From an uncultured Bacteroidota bacterium (GTDB taxonomy: Bacteria; Bacteroidota; Bacteroidia; Flavobacteriales; Flavobacteriaceae), in contig CACDPE010000003.1 of assembly GCA_902554655.1 (NCBI GenBank), forward strand, positions 2,124 through 66,123: a stretch of DNA of 64,000 bases. The letters run 5' to 3'. The notes beneath the pieces were generated by a model that did no database searches, was not told where the DNA came from, and saw only the letters and a program-made list of their open reading frames with translations. Of the stretch, positions 39,231-50,161 are shown piece after piece (position 1 is the stretch's first letter; each line of letters starts with the position of its first letter). The position numbers and the translations under genes are program-made.

Positions 39231-40502
39231 ATGTCTAAAACTAATAAATATGAGCTCACATTACCCAAAATGGGAGAAAGTGTTGAGGAAGCTACTATTG
39301 TTAATTGGCTTAAAAATGTTGGGGATGATGTAAAAATTGATGATTTTATTGTTGAGATAGCAACTGATAAAGTTGATTCCGAAGTTCCAAGTGATGTTGA
39401 TGGTAAAATTATTGAATTATGTTTTAAAGTAAATGACGTAGTAAAGGTAGGAGAGACTATTTGCATTATTGAGCTTAGTAACGAGTATAGTTCTTCAAAA
39501 ACAATTGATATTATTGAAGATATTCCTAATGTAGATTTGGTATTGGATAATAAAAATGATGAGAAAATTGAGACGAATGAAATTTTAAAATCTTCGAAAA
39601 TTGAAAATGATATTTACATATCGCCATTGGTTAGAAGTATAGCTGAAAAAGAAAATATTAGTGAAAAAGAATTTCTAAAAATTAGTGGTTCAGGCAAAGA
39701 TGGTAGAATTACTAAAAAGGACATATTAAAATATATTGAATCTAGCGACTCAATTTCAGAAAAATTAGAGACTGATAAAAATTATTCTGATAATCAATCA
39801 ACAATAAGAGATTTAACAAGAATGGAAAAAATTCTTGCAGAACATATGGTTAATAGTAAAAAAACTGCCCCACATGTTCAATCTTTTATTGAGATTGATG
39901 TCACCAAACTCTGGGAGTGGAGAGAAGGTGTTAAAAATGATTTCCAAAAAAGAGAAAATTATAAATTAACTCTAACACATGTTTTTATTAAAATTATCTC
40001 TGAAGTTCTAAGAGAATTTCCAATTCTTAATTCAAGTTTAAAAGATGATAAAGTTTTTATAAAGAGTGATATAAATATTGGAGTTGCAACAGCTCTCTCT
40101 GACGGTAATTTAATTGTGCCTGTTCTTAAAAATTCAGATCAATTAAGTCTTATTGGTATTGTTAAAAAAACAAACGATTTAGTTCAAAGAGCTAGAAATA
40201 ATAATTTAAATCCTGATGATGTAGTTGATGGAACTTATACAATAACCAATGTAGGAGTATTTGATACTTTATCAGGCATCCCAATAATTAATCAACCACA
40301 AGTTGGAATTTTAGCAATTGGATCAATCTTAAAAAAACCATCTGTGATAGAGACTGAAAAAGGCGATTTTATTGGAATTCGCAGAAAAATGATTTTATGT
40401 CACAGTTATGATCACAGGATAATAAATGGGGCTACTGGTGGGTTATTTATAAAACGAATTAAAGATATCATAGAGGATTGGAATCCTAAAACGCAAATTT
40501 AG
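39231..40502 (+). CDS. 2-oxoacid dehydrogenase E2 component (dihydrolipoamide acyltransferase)
   Basis: Lipoyl domain (EIATDKVDSEVPS), E3-binding domain (SPLVRSIAEKENI), catalytic SYDHRIINGA. Confidence 0.85.
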   Translation: MSKTNKYELTLPKMGESVEEATIVNWLKNVGDDVKIDDFIVEIATDKVDSEVPSDVDGKIIELCFKVNDVVKVGETICIIELSNEYSSSKTIDIIEDIPNVDLVLDNKNDEKIETNEILKSSKIENDIYISPLVRSIAEKENISEKEFLKISGSGKDGRITKKDILKYIESSDSISEKLETDKNYSDNQSTIRDLTRMEKILAEHMVNSKKTAPHVQSFIEIDVTKLWEWREGVKNDFQKRENYKLTLTHVFIKIISEVLREFPILNSSLKDDKVFIKSDINIGVATALSDGNLIVPVLKNSDQLSLIGIVKKTNDLVQRARNNNLNPDDVVDGTYTITNVGVFDTLSGIPIINQPQVGILAIGSILKKPSVIETEKGDFIGIRRKMILCHSYDHRIINGATGGLFIKRIKDIIEDWNPKTQI

Positions 40503-40510
40503 TATAATTT

Positions 40511-41293
40511 ATGTCTTTTTTAAAAAACTTAACTAAGCCAATTTGTTTTTTTGACTTAGAAACAACAGGGATTAGTATTGTAAATGATAGAATTGTAGAA
40601 ATTTCTGTTCTAAAAATTGAAAAAAATGGTGAAGAAATTTCTAAAACTTGGTTAGTTAATCCAACAATTCCAATACCAAAAATAGTATCTTCTATTCATG
40701 GAATTACTGATGAGATGGTAAAAGATAAACCAACATTTAAAGATGTCTCTAATGAAATATTTTCTTTTATCAAAGATTGTGATTTAGCAGGTTTTAATTC
40801 AAATAAATTTGACGTTCCTATGTTAGCTGAAGAATTTCTTAGAGTTGAAAAGGATTTGGATATATCAAAAATAAAATTGATTGATGTGCAAAATATCTTT
40901 CATAAAAAAGAGAAAAGAACTTTGTCTGCTGCATATAAATTTTATTGTAATAAAACTCATGATAATGCTCATTCATCAATGTCGGATACTAGAGCCACAT
41001 TTGAGGTTTTATTAGCCCAATTAGATAAGTACGAAGACCTTGAAGATAACGTTGATTTTTTATCTAAATTTTCCACTCAAAAAAAATTTGTTGATTTAGC
41101 AGGATTTATTCATTTAAATTCTGACTTAAAACCAACTTTCTCGTTTGGAAAGTACAAAGGCAAAGAGGTTAATGAAATTATTGAAACTGATCCAGGATAT
41201 TTTAGTTGGATATTGAATGCAGATTTTCCAAGATATACAAAGAAAGTGTTAAATAAAATTAGATTAAGTAAGATTAATAATAAATTATCATGA
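40511..41293 (+). CDS. DEDDh 3'-5' exonuclease (DnaQ-like) with a DUF3820-like C-terminal domain
   Basis: FFDLETTG (ExoI), GFNSNKFDVPML (ExoII), HSSMSD (ExoIII). The C-terminus FGKYKGKEVNEIIETDPGYFSWIL resembles DUF3820. Confidence 0.75.
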   Translation: MSFLKNLTKPICFFDLETTGISIVNDRIVEISVLKIEKNGEEISKTWLVNPTIPIPKIVSSIHGITDEMVKDKPTFKDVSNEIFSFIKDCDLAGFNSNKFDVPMLAEEFLRVEKDLDISKIKLIDVQNIFHKKEKRTLSAAYKFYCNKTHDNAHSSMSDTRATFEVLLAQLDKYEDLEDNVDFLSKFSTQKKFVDLAGFIHLNSDLKPTFSFGKYKGKEVNEIIETDPGYFSWILNADFPRYTKKVLNKIRLSKINNKLS

Positions 41294-41901
41294 AAATCAT
41301 TTGTATTGGTCAAAATTATTTGAAGCATATTGAAGAATTAAATTCTAGCAGAAGTAAATCCCCTGTTATTTTCTTAAAACCTGACTCAAGCATAATACAA
41401 AAAAATCAACCTTTTTTTATCCCTGAATTCTCTAAAGAAATTCACTACGAAGTTGAAATAATTTTGAAGTTTAGTAAAGTTGGTAAACATATAGACCCTA
41501 AGTTTTCCAATAAATACTATAATCAAATTTCTTTAGGAATAGATTTTACAGCTAGAGATTTACAAAAAAAACTTAAACAATCTGGCCAACCATGGGAAAA
41601 AGCTAAGGCTTATGATAATTCTGCTGTTATTGGTGATTGGCTAGATATCAATGATTTTCATGACATTAATAATATTAACTTTTGTTTAAAAGTTAATAAT
41701 GAAATAGTACAAACAAGTAATAGTTCTAATATGATTTGGAAAGTAGATGAATTAATTTCAGAAGTATCTAATTACTTTACATTAAAAATCGGTGATATTT
41801 TATTCACTGGCACACCTGAAGGTGTTGGAAAAGTTAATATAGGAGATGTTTTAGATGGTTTTTTGGAAGAAAAGAAAGTTTTTTCAATTAAAATAAAATG
41901 A
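41290..41901 (+). CDS. Fumarylacetoacetate hydrolase (FAH) family protein
   Basis: 203 aa: KIICIGQNYLKH, YEVEI, GIDFTARDLQ, FTGTPEGVG. Confidence 0.85.
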   Translation: MKIICIGQNYLKHIEELNSSRSKSPVIFLKPDSSIIQKNQPFFIPEFSKEIHYEVEIILKFSKVGKHIDPKFSNKYYNQISLGIDFTARDLQKKLKQSGQPWEKAKAYDNSAVIGDWLDINDFHDINNINFCLKVNNEIVQTSNSSNMIWKVDELISEVSNYFTLKIGDILFTGTPEGVGKVNIGDVLDGFLEEKKVFSIKIK

Positions 41902-42365
41902 TTTTAGATAAGATTTTTGATTTTTTTTTGATCAACAACCTTTCACTTTCGACTGTTGAGAGTGTAACAGGCGGGAAATTATCTAATTCAATAATTAAAA
42001 AAGCTGGAGCATCAAAATTTTTTAAAGGCTCTTTAGTTACCTATTCGATAGAATCAAAAATAAATATTCTTCAAATTGACAAAGATTTGATATATAAATT
42101 TTCACCTGTCAGTAAGGAAATTTCATATGAGATGGTAAAATCTGGCAAAAAAATATTGAATACTGATTATTGCATTTCTACAACTGGTAATGCAGGTCCT
42201 TCAACCAATGATCATTTTTCAAAGGTTGGTCAAATATTTATTTCAATTGCAACGCCTCAAAAGATAATTACAGAGCAATTGTCTTTAAACGGGTCCAGAG
42301 AAGAAATAATTGAAATTATTGTAGAAAAATCACATAAACTTCTATTAGAAAATCTAATAAAATAA
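41898..42365 (+). CDS. CinA C-terminal domain protein (nicotinamide-nucleotide amidohydrolase PncC-like)
   Basis: 155 aa: LSTVESVTGGKLS.., ISTTGNAGP. Confidence 0.8.
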   Translation: MILDKIFDFFLINNLSLSTVESVTGGKLSNSIIKKAGASKFFKGSLVTYSIESKINILQIDKDLIYKFSPVSKEISYEMVKSGKKILNTDYCISTTGNAGPSTNDHFSKVGQIFISIATPQKIITEQLSLNGSREEIIEIIVEKSHKLLLENLIK

Positions 42366-42419
42366 ATTTGTCAATACTATAAAAAAGTTGTTTATTTGCA
42401 TGCCTAAAGGCAATATATT

Positions 42420-42656
42420 ATGTCAAAAATTTGTCAAATATCAGGAAAGAAAGTTCAGTTTGGAAATAATGTTTCTAAAGCTATAAACAAAACGAAAAGA
42501 AGGTTTAACGCCAATATTGTTTCTAAAAGATTTTATATTCCTGAAGAGGATAAGTGGATTAAACTTAAAGTTTCTACCTCTGTTTTAAAGACAATTAACA
42601 AAAAAGGCATAAGTGCTGTTTTGAAAGAAGCAAAAGAAAAAGGTATTAAACTTTAA
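42420..42656 (+). CDS. rpmB: 50S ribosomal protein L28
   Basis: 78 aa: [19 protein letters not shown]. Confidence 0.95.
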   Translation: MSKICQISGKKVQFGNNVSKAINKTKRRFNANIVSKRFYIPEEDKWIKLKVSTSVLKTINKKGISAVLKEAKEKGIKL

Positions 42657-42660
42657 TATA

Positions 42661-42843
42661 ATGGCTAAAAAAGGAAATAGAGTTCAAGTTATTTTGGAAT
42701 GTACAGAACACAAAGATTCTGGTAAGCCAGGAACCTCTAGATATATTTCAACTAAGAATAAGAAGAATTCACCTGAGAGGTTAGAATTAAAAAAATTCAA
42801 TCCTATATTAAAAAAGTATACAATACATAAAGAGATAAAATAA
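42661..42843 (+). CDS. rpmG: 50S ribosomal protein L33
   Basis: 60 aa: [18 protein letters not shown].. Confidence 0.95.
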   Translation: MAKKGNRVQVILECTEHKDSGKPGTSRYISTKNKKNSPERLELKKFNPILKKYTIHKEIK

Positions 42844-42995
42844 TGGCTAAAAAAACTGTTGCTACATTACAAACTTCTTCAAAAAAGCTTACTAAAGCTA
42901 TAAAAATGGTAAAAAGCCCAAAGTCAGGTGCTTATACCTTTTCTGAAGCAATTATGTCTTCTGACCAGGTAAATGATTGGTTGTCTAAAAAGTAA
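42843..42995 (+). CDS. DUF4295 family small basic protein (50 aa), absent from the ORF track
   Basis: Hand translation: [50 protein letters not shown]. The ATG overlaps the rpmG TAA (TAATG). Confidence 0.7.
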   Translation: MAKKTVATLQTSSKKLTKAIKMVKSPKSGAYTFSEAIMSSDQVNDWLSKK

Positions 42996-43019
42996 ATCTT
43001 TAATTCCTTAAAAGATTTA
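42993..43019 (+). terminator. AT-rich hairpin after the rpmB-rpmG-DUF4295 unit (possible terminator)
   Basis: TAAATCTTT / AAAGATTTA 9-bp stem, followed by ATTTCATTTATTTT. Confidence 0.35.
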
Positions 43020-43058
43020 ATTTCATTTATTTTAAAATTTTATAGCTAACTTTCATAT

Positions 43059-44249
43059 ATGAATTTTTTTAAAAGGCTCTTTTCGTTTGGAAAGAAACCA
43101 GCTAAAGACTCAGATAAAAATGAGATAGATGACTTAAAAGATGAAAAAGATGAAGAAAGTATACAAAAAGATTCAGTTAAGGAAGAAGTAAAACAGACTA
43201 GATCAAAACCAGAACCAGAGCCTGAACCAGAACCTGAACCAGAGCCTGAACCAGAGCCTGAACCAGAGCCTGAACCTGAACCAAAGCCTGAAAAAAAGGA
43301 AGGTTTTTTTAAGAGGTTGTTGAAAAAAACCAATAAAAAAAGTTTAGATAAAAGTTTAGAAAAAACAAGTAATTCCTTTTTTGATAAAATTAAGAAAGCT
43401 GTAGTAGGTAAAACAAAGGTTGATGTAGAAGTTTTAGATGAATTGGAAGAAATTCTTATTACTTCTGATGTTGGAGTAAAAACTACAATAAAAATAATTG
43501 ATGCTATCGAATCAAGAGTTGCAAAGGAAAAATACACTAATCCTCAAGAGTTAGATTTAATTTTAAAAGAAGAAATTGGAAATATCATTTTTGATGAAAA
43601 AAATGATGATTTTGATATTGATGATAAGCCATATGTAATTTTAGTTGTTGGTGTTAATGGTGTAGGAAAAACAACATCTATTGGTAAACTTGCTGCTTTT
43701 TTCAAATCCCAGGGATTGTCTGTAATGATTGGAGCAGCTGATACTTTTAGAGCTGCAGCTATAGAGCAATTGGAAGAATGGGCAGCTCGTGCTGGAGTTG
43801 AGATAGTAAAACAACAAATGGGTAGTGATCCAGCTTCAGTTTCTTATGATACATTGAATTCTGCAATAAAAAAAAATAAAGATGTTGTAATAATAGATAC
43901 TGCAGGTAGATTACATAATAAGATTAATCTGATGAATGAATTGTCTAAGATTAGTCGAGTTTTACAAAAACTCAATATTAACGCACCTCACGAAATTTTA
44001 TTAGTTTTAGATGGTTCTACAGGTCAAAATGCTTATGAACAAGCAAAACAATTTTCTGAAGCTACTAAAGTAACATCTATGATCGTCACAAAATTAGATG
44101 GTACAGCAAAAGGTGGAGTGGTAATTGGAATTTCAGATCAATTAAGTATTCCAATAAAATTTATTGGAACTGGCGAATCAATTGAAGATTTAGAATTATT
44201 TGATAAGAAAGATTTTGTTGAATCCTTCTTTCAAAATAAAATTTTATGA
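43059..44249 (+). CDS. ftsY: Signal recognition particle receptor FtsY with an N-terminal (Pro-Glu)n acidic extension
   Basis: NG domain: GVNGVGKTTSIGKLA, DTAGRLHNK, TKLDGTAKGG. Confidence 0.96.
   Translation: MNFFKRLFSFGKKPAKDSDKNEIDDLKDEKDEESIQKDSVKEEVKQTRSKPEPEPEPEPEPEPEPEPEPEPEPEPKPEKKEGFFKRLLKKTNKKSLDKSLEKTSNSFFDKIKKAVVGKTKVDVEVLDELEEILITSDVGVKTTIKIIDAIESRVAKEKYTNPQELDLILKEEIGNIIFDEKNDDFDIDDKPYVILVVGVNGVGKTTSIGKLAAFFKSQGLSVMIGAADTFRAAAIEQLEEWAARAGVEIVKQQMGSDPASVSYDTLNSAIKKNKDVVIIDTAGRLHNKINLMNELSKISRVLQKLNINAPHEILLVLDGSTGQNAYEQAKQFSEATKVTSMIVTKLDGTAKGGVVIGISDQLSIPIKFIGTGESIEDLELFDKKDFVESFFQNKIL
43209..43292 (+). repeat. In-frame hexanucleotide tandem repeat (CCW GAR)x12 plus two degenerate units, encoding (PE)12-PK-PE
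   Basis: Counted codon by codon in the DNA. The higher-order unit is the 12-mer CCAGAGCCTGAA. Confidence 0.95.
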
Positions 44250-45547
44250 GAGCAAGATCTTCAAAAAAAAACAAAATCAATGTAGTTACATTAGGTTGTT
44301 CAAAAAATTTATATGATTCTGAAATACTTATTTCTCAACTTAAGGCAAATAACAAAAATGTTGTTCATGAAGAAGATGGAAATATAATTGTCATTAATAC
44401 CTGTGGTTTTATTGATAATGCAAAACAAGAGTCTATTGATACTATCTTACACTATTCTGAATTAAAAAAGAAAGGTAAGATTGATCGATTGTATGTAACT
44501 GGATGTTTAAGTGAAAGATATAAAGATGACTTAATAAAAGAAATTCCCGATGTTGATCATTTTTTTGGAACTTCAGACTTACCTCATTTATTAAAATATT
44601 TAAGGGCTGACTATAAAAAAGAATTACTAGGTGAAAGATTTCTTTCAACCCCAAAAAATTATGCATATCTAAAAATTTCAGAGGGATGTAATAGAAAATG
44701 TTCATTTTGTGCAATTCCATTAATGAGAGGGAAGCATATGTCTAGACCAATAGATGAAATTATACAAGAAGCAAAACAAATGGCGTCGCAAGGTATTAAA
44801 GAGTTGATTCTAATTGCTCAGGAATTAACTTATTACGGGATTGATATTTACAAAGAAAGAGCTCTTTCTAAACTACTTAAAAAATTGTGTAGAGTAGAAG
44901 GTATTGAATGGATTAGATTGCATTATGCCTATCCTTCAGGTTTCCCTGATGAAATTATTGATGTTATAAAAAGTGAGAAAAAAATTTGTAATTATTTAGA
45001 TATTCCTCTTCAACATATTTCAGATAAGATTTTAAAATCAATGCGAAGAGGAGCTGGAAAAAATAAAATAAATAATTTAATAACAAAAATTAGAAAAAAA
45101 ATTCCAGGTATTGCCCTTAGAACAACTTTGATTGTTGGATACCCAGGAGAAAAAACAGAAGATTTTGAGGAGTTATGTGAATGGGTAAAGCAAACCAAGT
45201 TTGATAGATTAGGTTGTTTTACTTATAGTCACGAAGAAAATACACATGCTTACAGTCTTGAGGATGATGTTTCAGATGAAAATAAAAAGTTAAGGCAAAA
45301 TACTATTATGAAAATCCAATCAGAAATTTCAAGTAGCCTTAATAAAGAAAAGATAGGTAAAATAATTAAGTGTATAATTGACAGATTCGAAGATGGATAT
45401 TATATTGGTAGAACTGAGTTTGACTCACCTGATGTTGATAACAATGTTTTGATAAAATCTCAATCTGGACACTTAAGGATAGGTGAATTTTATGATGTAA
45501 AAGTCAATGATTCAACAGAATATGATTTAATTGCTGAAATTGTATGA
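44246..45547 (+). CDS. rimO: Ribosomal protein S12 methylthiotransferase RimO
   Basis: 433 aa: VVTLGCSKNLYDSE, radical-SAM CNRKCSFCAIP, C-terminal TRAM domain. Confidence 0.88.
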   Translation: MRARSSKKNKINVVTLGCSKNLYDSEILISQLKANNKNVVHEEDGNIIVINTCGFIDNAKQESIDTILHYSELKKKGKIDRLYVTGCLSERYKDDLIKEIPDVDHFFGTSDLPHLLKYLRADYKKELLGERFLSTPKNYAYLKISEGCNRKCSFCAIPLMRGKHMSRPIDEIIQEAKQMASQGIKELILIAQELTYYGIDIYKERALSKLLKKLCRVEGIEWIRLHYAYPSGFPDEIIDVIKSEKKICNYLDIPLQHISDKILKSMRRGAGKNKINNLITKIRKKIPGIALRTTLIVGYPGEKTEDFEELCEWVKQTKFDRLGCFTYSHEENTHAYSLEDDVSDENKKLRQNTIMKIQSEISSSLNKEKIGKIIKCIIDRFEDGYYIGRTEFDSPDVDNNVLIKSQSGHLRIGEFYDVKVNDSTEYDLIAEIV

Positions 45548-47145
45548 AAAGAAATATCTCAGTTGAAATAAATACTTCTGGTCATTTACCAGATATCACC
45601 TATGATTATGTCCAACACAAAAAACTTAAAAAATTTTATGGAAGATCTTTTAAAATTGAAAATTTTAAGAATCAAATTTTTGATAAACGTAATTTTTCTG
45701 ATGAAAAAAGAAAAATTTTGGTAGAAGTTCTTAAAGATCAAAATAAAAATTTTCAGCATATTAATGCATATAATGAGATTGATTCATTACTAAAAAAGAA
45801 TAGCTATACAGTAACTACTGGCCATCAACTTTCCCTTTTTACTGGGCCATTATTTTTTATTTACAAGATAATTCAAGTAATAAAGATTTGTGATGAACTA
45901 AAAGATAATTACAGTAAATATAATTTTATTCCTATTTTTTGGATGGCATCAGAAGATCATGATTTTGAAGAAATAAGAAGTTTTAATTTATATGAAAAAA
46001 CATTTTTATATGACTACAACTATAAAAACTTTTGCACAGGAAAAATTAAAACTTTGCAAATGTCTTCAATTTATAAGGAATTAAAAATTTTATTTAAAGG
46101 TAAACCCAATGAAAAAGCTTTGTTAGATCTTTTTAATAAATCATATAAAAAAGAAAAAAATTTCTCTGATGCAACAAGATCATTAGTTTATGAATTATTT
46201 AAGGATTATAATATTTTAGTTCTCGATCCAGATGATCACAGACTAAAGCTAAGTTTTAAAGAAATAGCATTAGATGAGTTGAAAAATTTCTCTACACATA
46301 AAATTGTAAATAATACAATTAAAAAAATTAAAAATTCTTATGATAAAAAAGTTAAAATTCAGGTCAATCCTAGAATTTTAAATTTATTTTATTTATCAAA
46401 ATCAAAAAGGTATAGAATTGAATTTAAAGAAAATGAGTATGTATTAATCGGTAAAAACATAACATTTAAAAAGGATGAATTTATTAATCATATTGAATCC
46501 AACCCTAACAGTATCTCACCGAACGTTATTTTGAGACCTTTGTATCAAGAATCTATACTTCCAAATTTAGCATATGTTGGAGGTGGTTCCGAAATATCAT
46601 ATTGGCTTGAATTAAATGATTTATTCAAATTTTACTCATTACCCTTTCCAATTCTTGTTGTAAGAAAATCATTGTTATTAATTAATAAAAGAGATTTTGA
46701 GAAAATAGATAATTTGAATTTAAAAATTCAAGACTTTTTTTTAAAAAAGGATCAACTTATTAGAAAGTTTCTTAAATCAAGCGATGAATATAATTTTAGC
46801 GTAAAAAATATATTACATAGTTATACTAAAAATATTGATGAATTAAAAAAAGAACTTTCTTCAATAGATAATTCATTAGCTTCAGTTTTGGAAGCTTTAA
46901 AAACAAGACATGAAAAAGATTTTAATTCTTTAGAAAAGAAAGTGATTAAAGCTATCAAATTAAAAAACTCACAAAAATTGAAATCTATTGATAAAATTTT
47001 TGAAAAGATATTCGTTAATGGTACTCCACAAGAAAGATTTCTAAATTTTTCTCATTTTTACGCTGTATACGGCCATGAATTTATTGATTTTATATTTAGT
47101 ATTATTGAACCATTTGACTCAAGATTGCAAGTCTGTGAAATTTAA
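45544..47145 (+). CDS. bshC: Bacillithiol biosynthesis cysteine-adding enzyme BshC
   Basis: 533 aa: [62 protein letters not shown]. Confidence 0.85.
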   Translation: MKRNISVEINTSGHLPDITYDYVQHKKLKKFYGRSFKIENFKNQIFDKRNFSDEKRKILVEVLKDQNKNFQHINAYNEIDSLLKKNSYTVTTGHQLSLFTGPLFFIYKIIQVIKICDELKDNYSKYNFIPIFWMASEDHDFEEIRSFNLYEKTFLYDYNYKNFCTGKIKTLQMSSIYKELKILFKGKPNEKALLDLFNKSYKKEKNFSDATRSLVYELFKDYNILVLDPDDHRLKLSFKEIALDELKNFSTHKIVNNTIKKIKNSYDKKVKIQVNPRILNLFYLSKSKRYRIEFKENEYVLIGKNITFKKDEFINHIESNPNSISPNVILRPLYQESILPNLAYVGGGSEISYWLELNDLFKFYSLPFPILVVRKSLLLINKRDFEKIDNLNLKIQDFFLKKDQLIRKFLKSSDEYNFSVKNILHSYTKNIDELKKELSSIDNSLASVLEALKTRHEKDFNSLEKKVIKAIKLKNSQKLKSIDKIFEKIFVNGTPQERFLNFSHFYAVYGHEFIDFIFSIIEPFDSRLQVCEI

Positions 47146-47180
47146 TTTTATTTATCATTTTTAATGATGTATTTTTGAAA

Positions 47181-48710
47181 ATGCAAGAAAAGGTTCTAAT
47201 TCTTGATTTCGGATCCCAGTATACGCAACTTATTGCTAGGAGAGTTAGGGAACTCAACATATATTGTGAAATATTTCCGTTTAACAACAATAACTATAAG
47301 ATCAGTGATTATAAAGCACTAATTCTATCAGGATCTCCATACTCAGTTAGGTCTGAAGATTCATTGAAAATTAATATCGATAACATAAGAGGAGTTTTAC
47401 CTATTCTCGGAATCTGTTATGGTGCTCAGTTACTAGCTCATAACAGTGGGGGTGTGGTAAAAGCATCAAAGACTAGAGAATATGGTAGAGCTAATCTTCA
47501 GTCTATTGATAATACAAATAATCTCTTCTCTAATATTCAAAACTCTTCTCAGGTTTGGATGAGTCATGCGGATACAATTTTTAAGTTACCGCTTTCCACA
47601 AAGAGAATAGCAAGTACCAAAGATGTTGAAAATGCAGCATTTCAATTTATAGATGAAAATACTTTTGGAATTCAATTTCATCCTGAAGTGTATCACAGTT
47701 CTGACGGAAAGACATTATTAAAAAATTTTTTGGTTGATATAGCTAATATTAAACCTAATTGGACCGCTAGTTCATTTGTTGACAAAACAATACATGAGCT
47801 CAAAAATATAATCGGAGATGAAAGTGTTGTTCTAGGTTTATCTGGTGGGGTAGACTCATCAGTTGCAGCCGTATTACTAAACAAAGCTATTGGAAATAAT
47901 TTGTACTGTGTTTTTATTGATAATGGTCTACTGCGAAAAAATGAATTTGATTCTGTTTTAAAGCAATATGAAGGTATGGGCTTAAACGTGAAGGGGGTAG
48001 ATGCGAAAGATAAATTTTATTCAGCCCTAAAAAATATTGATGACCCTGAAAAAAAGAGAAAAGTAATTGGAAAAGTTTTTGTTGATGTTTTTGATGAAGA
48101 ATCAAAAAAAATTAACAATGTAAAGTGGCTTGGTCAAGGGACAATTTATCCTGATGTTATTGAGTCAATTTCTGTTAAAGGTCCTTCAGCTACAATTAAA
48201 TCACATCATAATGTTGGTGGTTTACCTGACTACATGAAATTAAAAGTTATAGAACCTTTAAAAATGTTATTTAAAGATGAAGTTAGAAGAGTAGGAAAAG
48301 AGTTAAAAATTAGTGATAATATATTAAAAAGACATCCTTTTCCTGGTCCAGGCTTAGCTATTAGAATTCTTGGGGATATTAATGAAGAAAAAGTTAAAAT
48401 TCTTCAGGATGCGGATGAGATTTTTATTACTGAATTGATTTCTAATAATCTTTACGATAAAATTTGGCAAGCTGGTGTTATTTTACTTCCAATTAAATCT
48501 GTTGGGGTCATGGGTGATGAAAGAACATATGAAAATTGTGTTGTTTTAAGAGCTGTCACGTCAACAGATGGTATGACAGCTGATTGGGTCAACTTACCAT
48601 ATGAGTTTTTACAAGATGTTTCAAACAAGATCATTAACAATGTGAAAGGTATTAATAGGGTTGTATATGATATTAGTTCAAAACCTCCTGCAACAATTGA
48701 ATGGGAATAA
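47181..48710 (+). CDS. guaA: GMP synthase (glutamine-hydrolysing)
   Basis: [36 protein letters not shown]-terminal [11 protein letters not shown] at 47181. Confidence 0.97.
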   Translation: MQEKVLILDFGSQYTQLIARRVRELNIYCEIFPFNNNNYKISDYKALILSGSPYSVRSEDSLKINIDNIRGVLPILGICYGAQLLAHNSGGVVKASKTREYGRANLQSIDNTNNLFSNIQNSSQVWMSHADTIFKLPLSTKRIASTKDVENAAFQFIDENTFGIQFHPEVYHSSDGKTLLKNFLVDIANIKPNWTASSFVDKTIHELKNIIGDESVVLGLSGGVDSSVAAVLLNKAIGNNLYCVFIDNGLLRKNEFDSVLKQYEGMGLNVKGVDAKDKFYSALKNIDDPEKKRKVIGKVFVDVFDEESKKINNVKWLGQGTIYPDVIESISVKGPSATIKSHHNVGGLPDYMKLKVIEPLKMLFKDEVRRVGKELKISDNILKRHPFPGPGLAIRILGDINEEKVKILQDADEIFITELISNNLYDKIWQAGVILLPIKSVGVMGDERTYENCVVLRAVTSTDGMTADWVNLPYEFLQDVSNKIINNVKGINRVVYDISSKPPATIEWE

Positions 48711-50137
48711 TGAAAAAAATATTTTTTATAACATTACTATTTTCAATAAGTCTTAATTCACAGGAAAAAACATATGATTTTCTCTCAAACTATGATTCAA
48801 TAATTAACCATACTGTTAAAAAAAAAGAAACTATTTTTAGTTTGTCAAAAAAATATGGATTATCAACCGATGAAATAATAAAAGCTAATCCAGGAATTCA
48901 AATTGATAAATTAAAAAGAAGATCTATAATCGCTATTCCTTTAAAGAAAAAAAATGTAGCTAAAGATAAAATTAATATCATAGTTGATTCAATAAAAAAA
49001 GACTCAGTACTCCTATCTGATTTAAAATTAAATGATTTAACAAAAGAAAAATTTAAGAAAATTGATTTTGAATTAGCTTTTCTTGCCCCTTTTAAATTAA
49101 ATACTGTAGTGTTAGATTCAGTAGAAGATACAAAAAAGACTCTAGGAGAAGTAAACTTGACAACTATTTCAATTAATTTTTATAATGGTGTTACTTATGC
49201 AATTCAAGAGTTGAAGGATTTAGGTATTAATGTCAGCTTGAGTGTTTATGATACAGAGAATGATTTAAATAAAATTGATCAATTAAAAAGCCTAGATTTA
49301 AATAAGTTTGATTTGATTATAGGCCCTTTTATTTCAAGAAACTTTAATAAATTCAATTCTGATAATAGCTCACTAATAGTGTCTCCTCTCGTCGAAGAGG
49401 GAATAGCTACTAAAGATAATGTAATTATTACAACAACTAATAATTCGTTAAAATCCTCCCGTGTTTTTGATATTATTGACAGTGAAATTAATCTAATGGA
49501 AGATCAATGTGCTATAATTATTTCTGACTCAGAAAATATAAGTTCAAAATCAAAACTTATAAGTAGATTTCCTAATGCAGAAGTTGTTGATATTGATAAT
49601 GAAAATCTTTTTGTTGATCCTGAGATAACTGACTCTTTGATGGGGTTTAATAAACAAAATTGGGTTTTTTTAGAAACATCGAAAACAAATGTTATATCTA
49701 GTGTAACTTCTCTTCTAAATTCTCAAAATAATAACGATAGAAAAATTAGATTATTTTCAACTGTGAGTTCTGAAAACTATGAAAATTCAAATATTAGTCT
49801 TGAAAAACTTGGTAATTTAAATTTTATTTATCCATCAAATTCAAAACCTTCAATGAGTTTTGAGTACAACAATTTTTATGAGAACTACATTGAAATATAT
49901 GGAAATGAGCCAGATAGAATTTCAATTAAAGCTAGAGATCTCACTTATGACTTAATCTTAAGAATAGCGGTATTTAAAAAATTTGAAAATTCTTTGCAAT
50001 ATGGTAAAACAACTTATTTTCAAAATAAGTTTGATTATACTTTTAAAGATAGTTTCTACAGAAATCAATCATTTTTTATTTTGAGACACAGAGATCTGGA
50101 AATTTTGGAAATTCAAGAACCCAATAATGAACAATAG
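48710..50137 (+). CDS. LysM domain protein with a periplasmic-binding-protein-like domain
   Basis: Signal peptide [17 protein letters not shown], then LysM (HTVKKKETIFSLSKKYGLSTDEIIKANP). The ATG overlaps the guaA stop. Confidence 0.7.
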   Translation: MKKIFFITLLFSISLNSQEKTYDFLSNYDSIINHTVKKKETIFSLSKKYGLSTDEIIKANPGIQIDKLKRRSIIAIPLKKKNVAKDKINIIVDSIKKDSVLLSDLKLNDLTKEKFKKIDFELAFLAPFKLNTVVLDSVEDTKKTLGEVNLTTISINFYNGVTYAIQELKDLGINVSLSVYDTENDLNKIDQLKSLDLNKFDLIIGPFISRNFNKFNSDNSSLIVSPLVEEGIATKDNVIITTTNNSLKSSRVFDIIDSEINLMEDQCAIIISDSENISSKSKLISRFPNAEVVDIDNENLFVDPEITDSLMGFNKQNWVFLETSKTNVISSVTSLLNSQNNNDRKIRLFSTVSSENYENSNISLEKLGNLNFIYPSNSKPSMSFEYNNFYENYIEIYGNEPDRISIKARDLTYDLILRIAVFKKFENSLQYGKTTYFQNKFDYTFKDSFYRNQSFFILRHRDLEILEIQEPNNEQ

Positions 50138-50161
50138 TTTTGTATTTTTGAAAAATTATTG

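Noticed and set aside
43209-43292. Short tandem repeats, considered as a CRISPR-like or minisatellite array
   Set aside because: The units are only 6 to 12 nt with no spacers, and they lie in frame inside ftsY. This is a coding low-complexity repeat, not a CRISPR array.
43046-43537. 163-aa minus-strand ORF containing a (GS)13 repeat
   Set aside because: It is the antisense shadow of the ftsY (PE)n repeat. ftsY on the plus strand has unmistakable SRP-GTPase motifs, and the antisense ORF has no family features.
47154-47176. Small hairpin ATCATT-TTT-AATGAT followed by GTATTTTT after bshC
   Set aside because: The stem is only 6 bp and all A/T apart from one G-C pair. It is too weak to call a terminator with any confidence.
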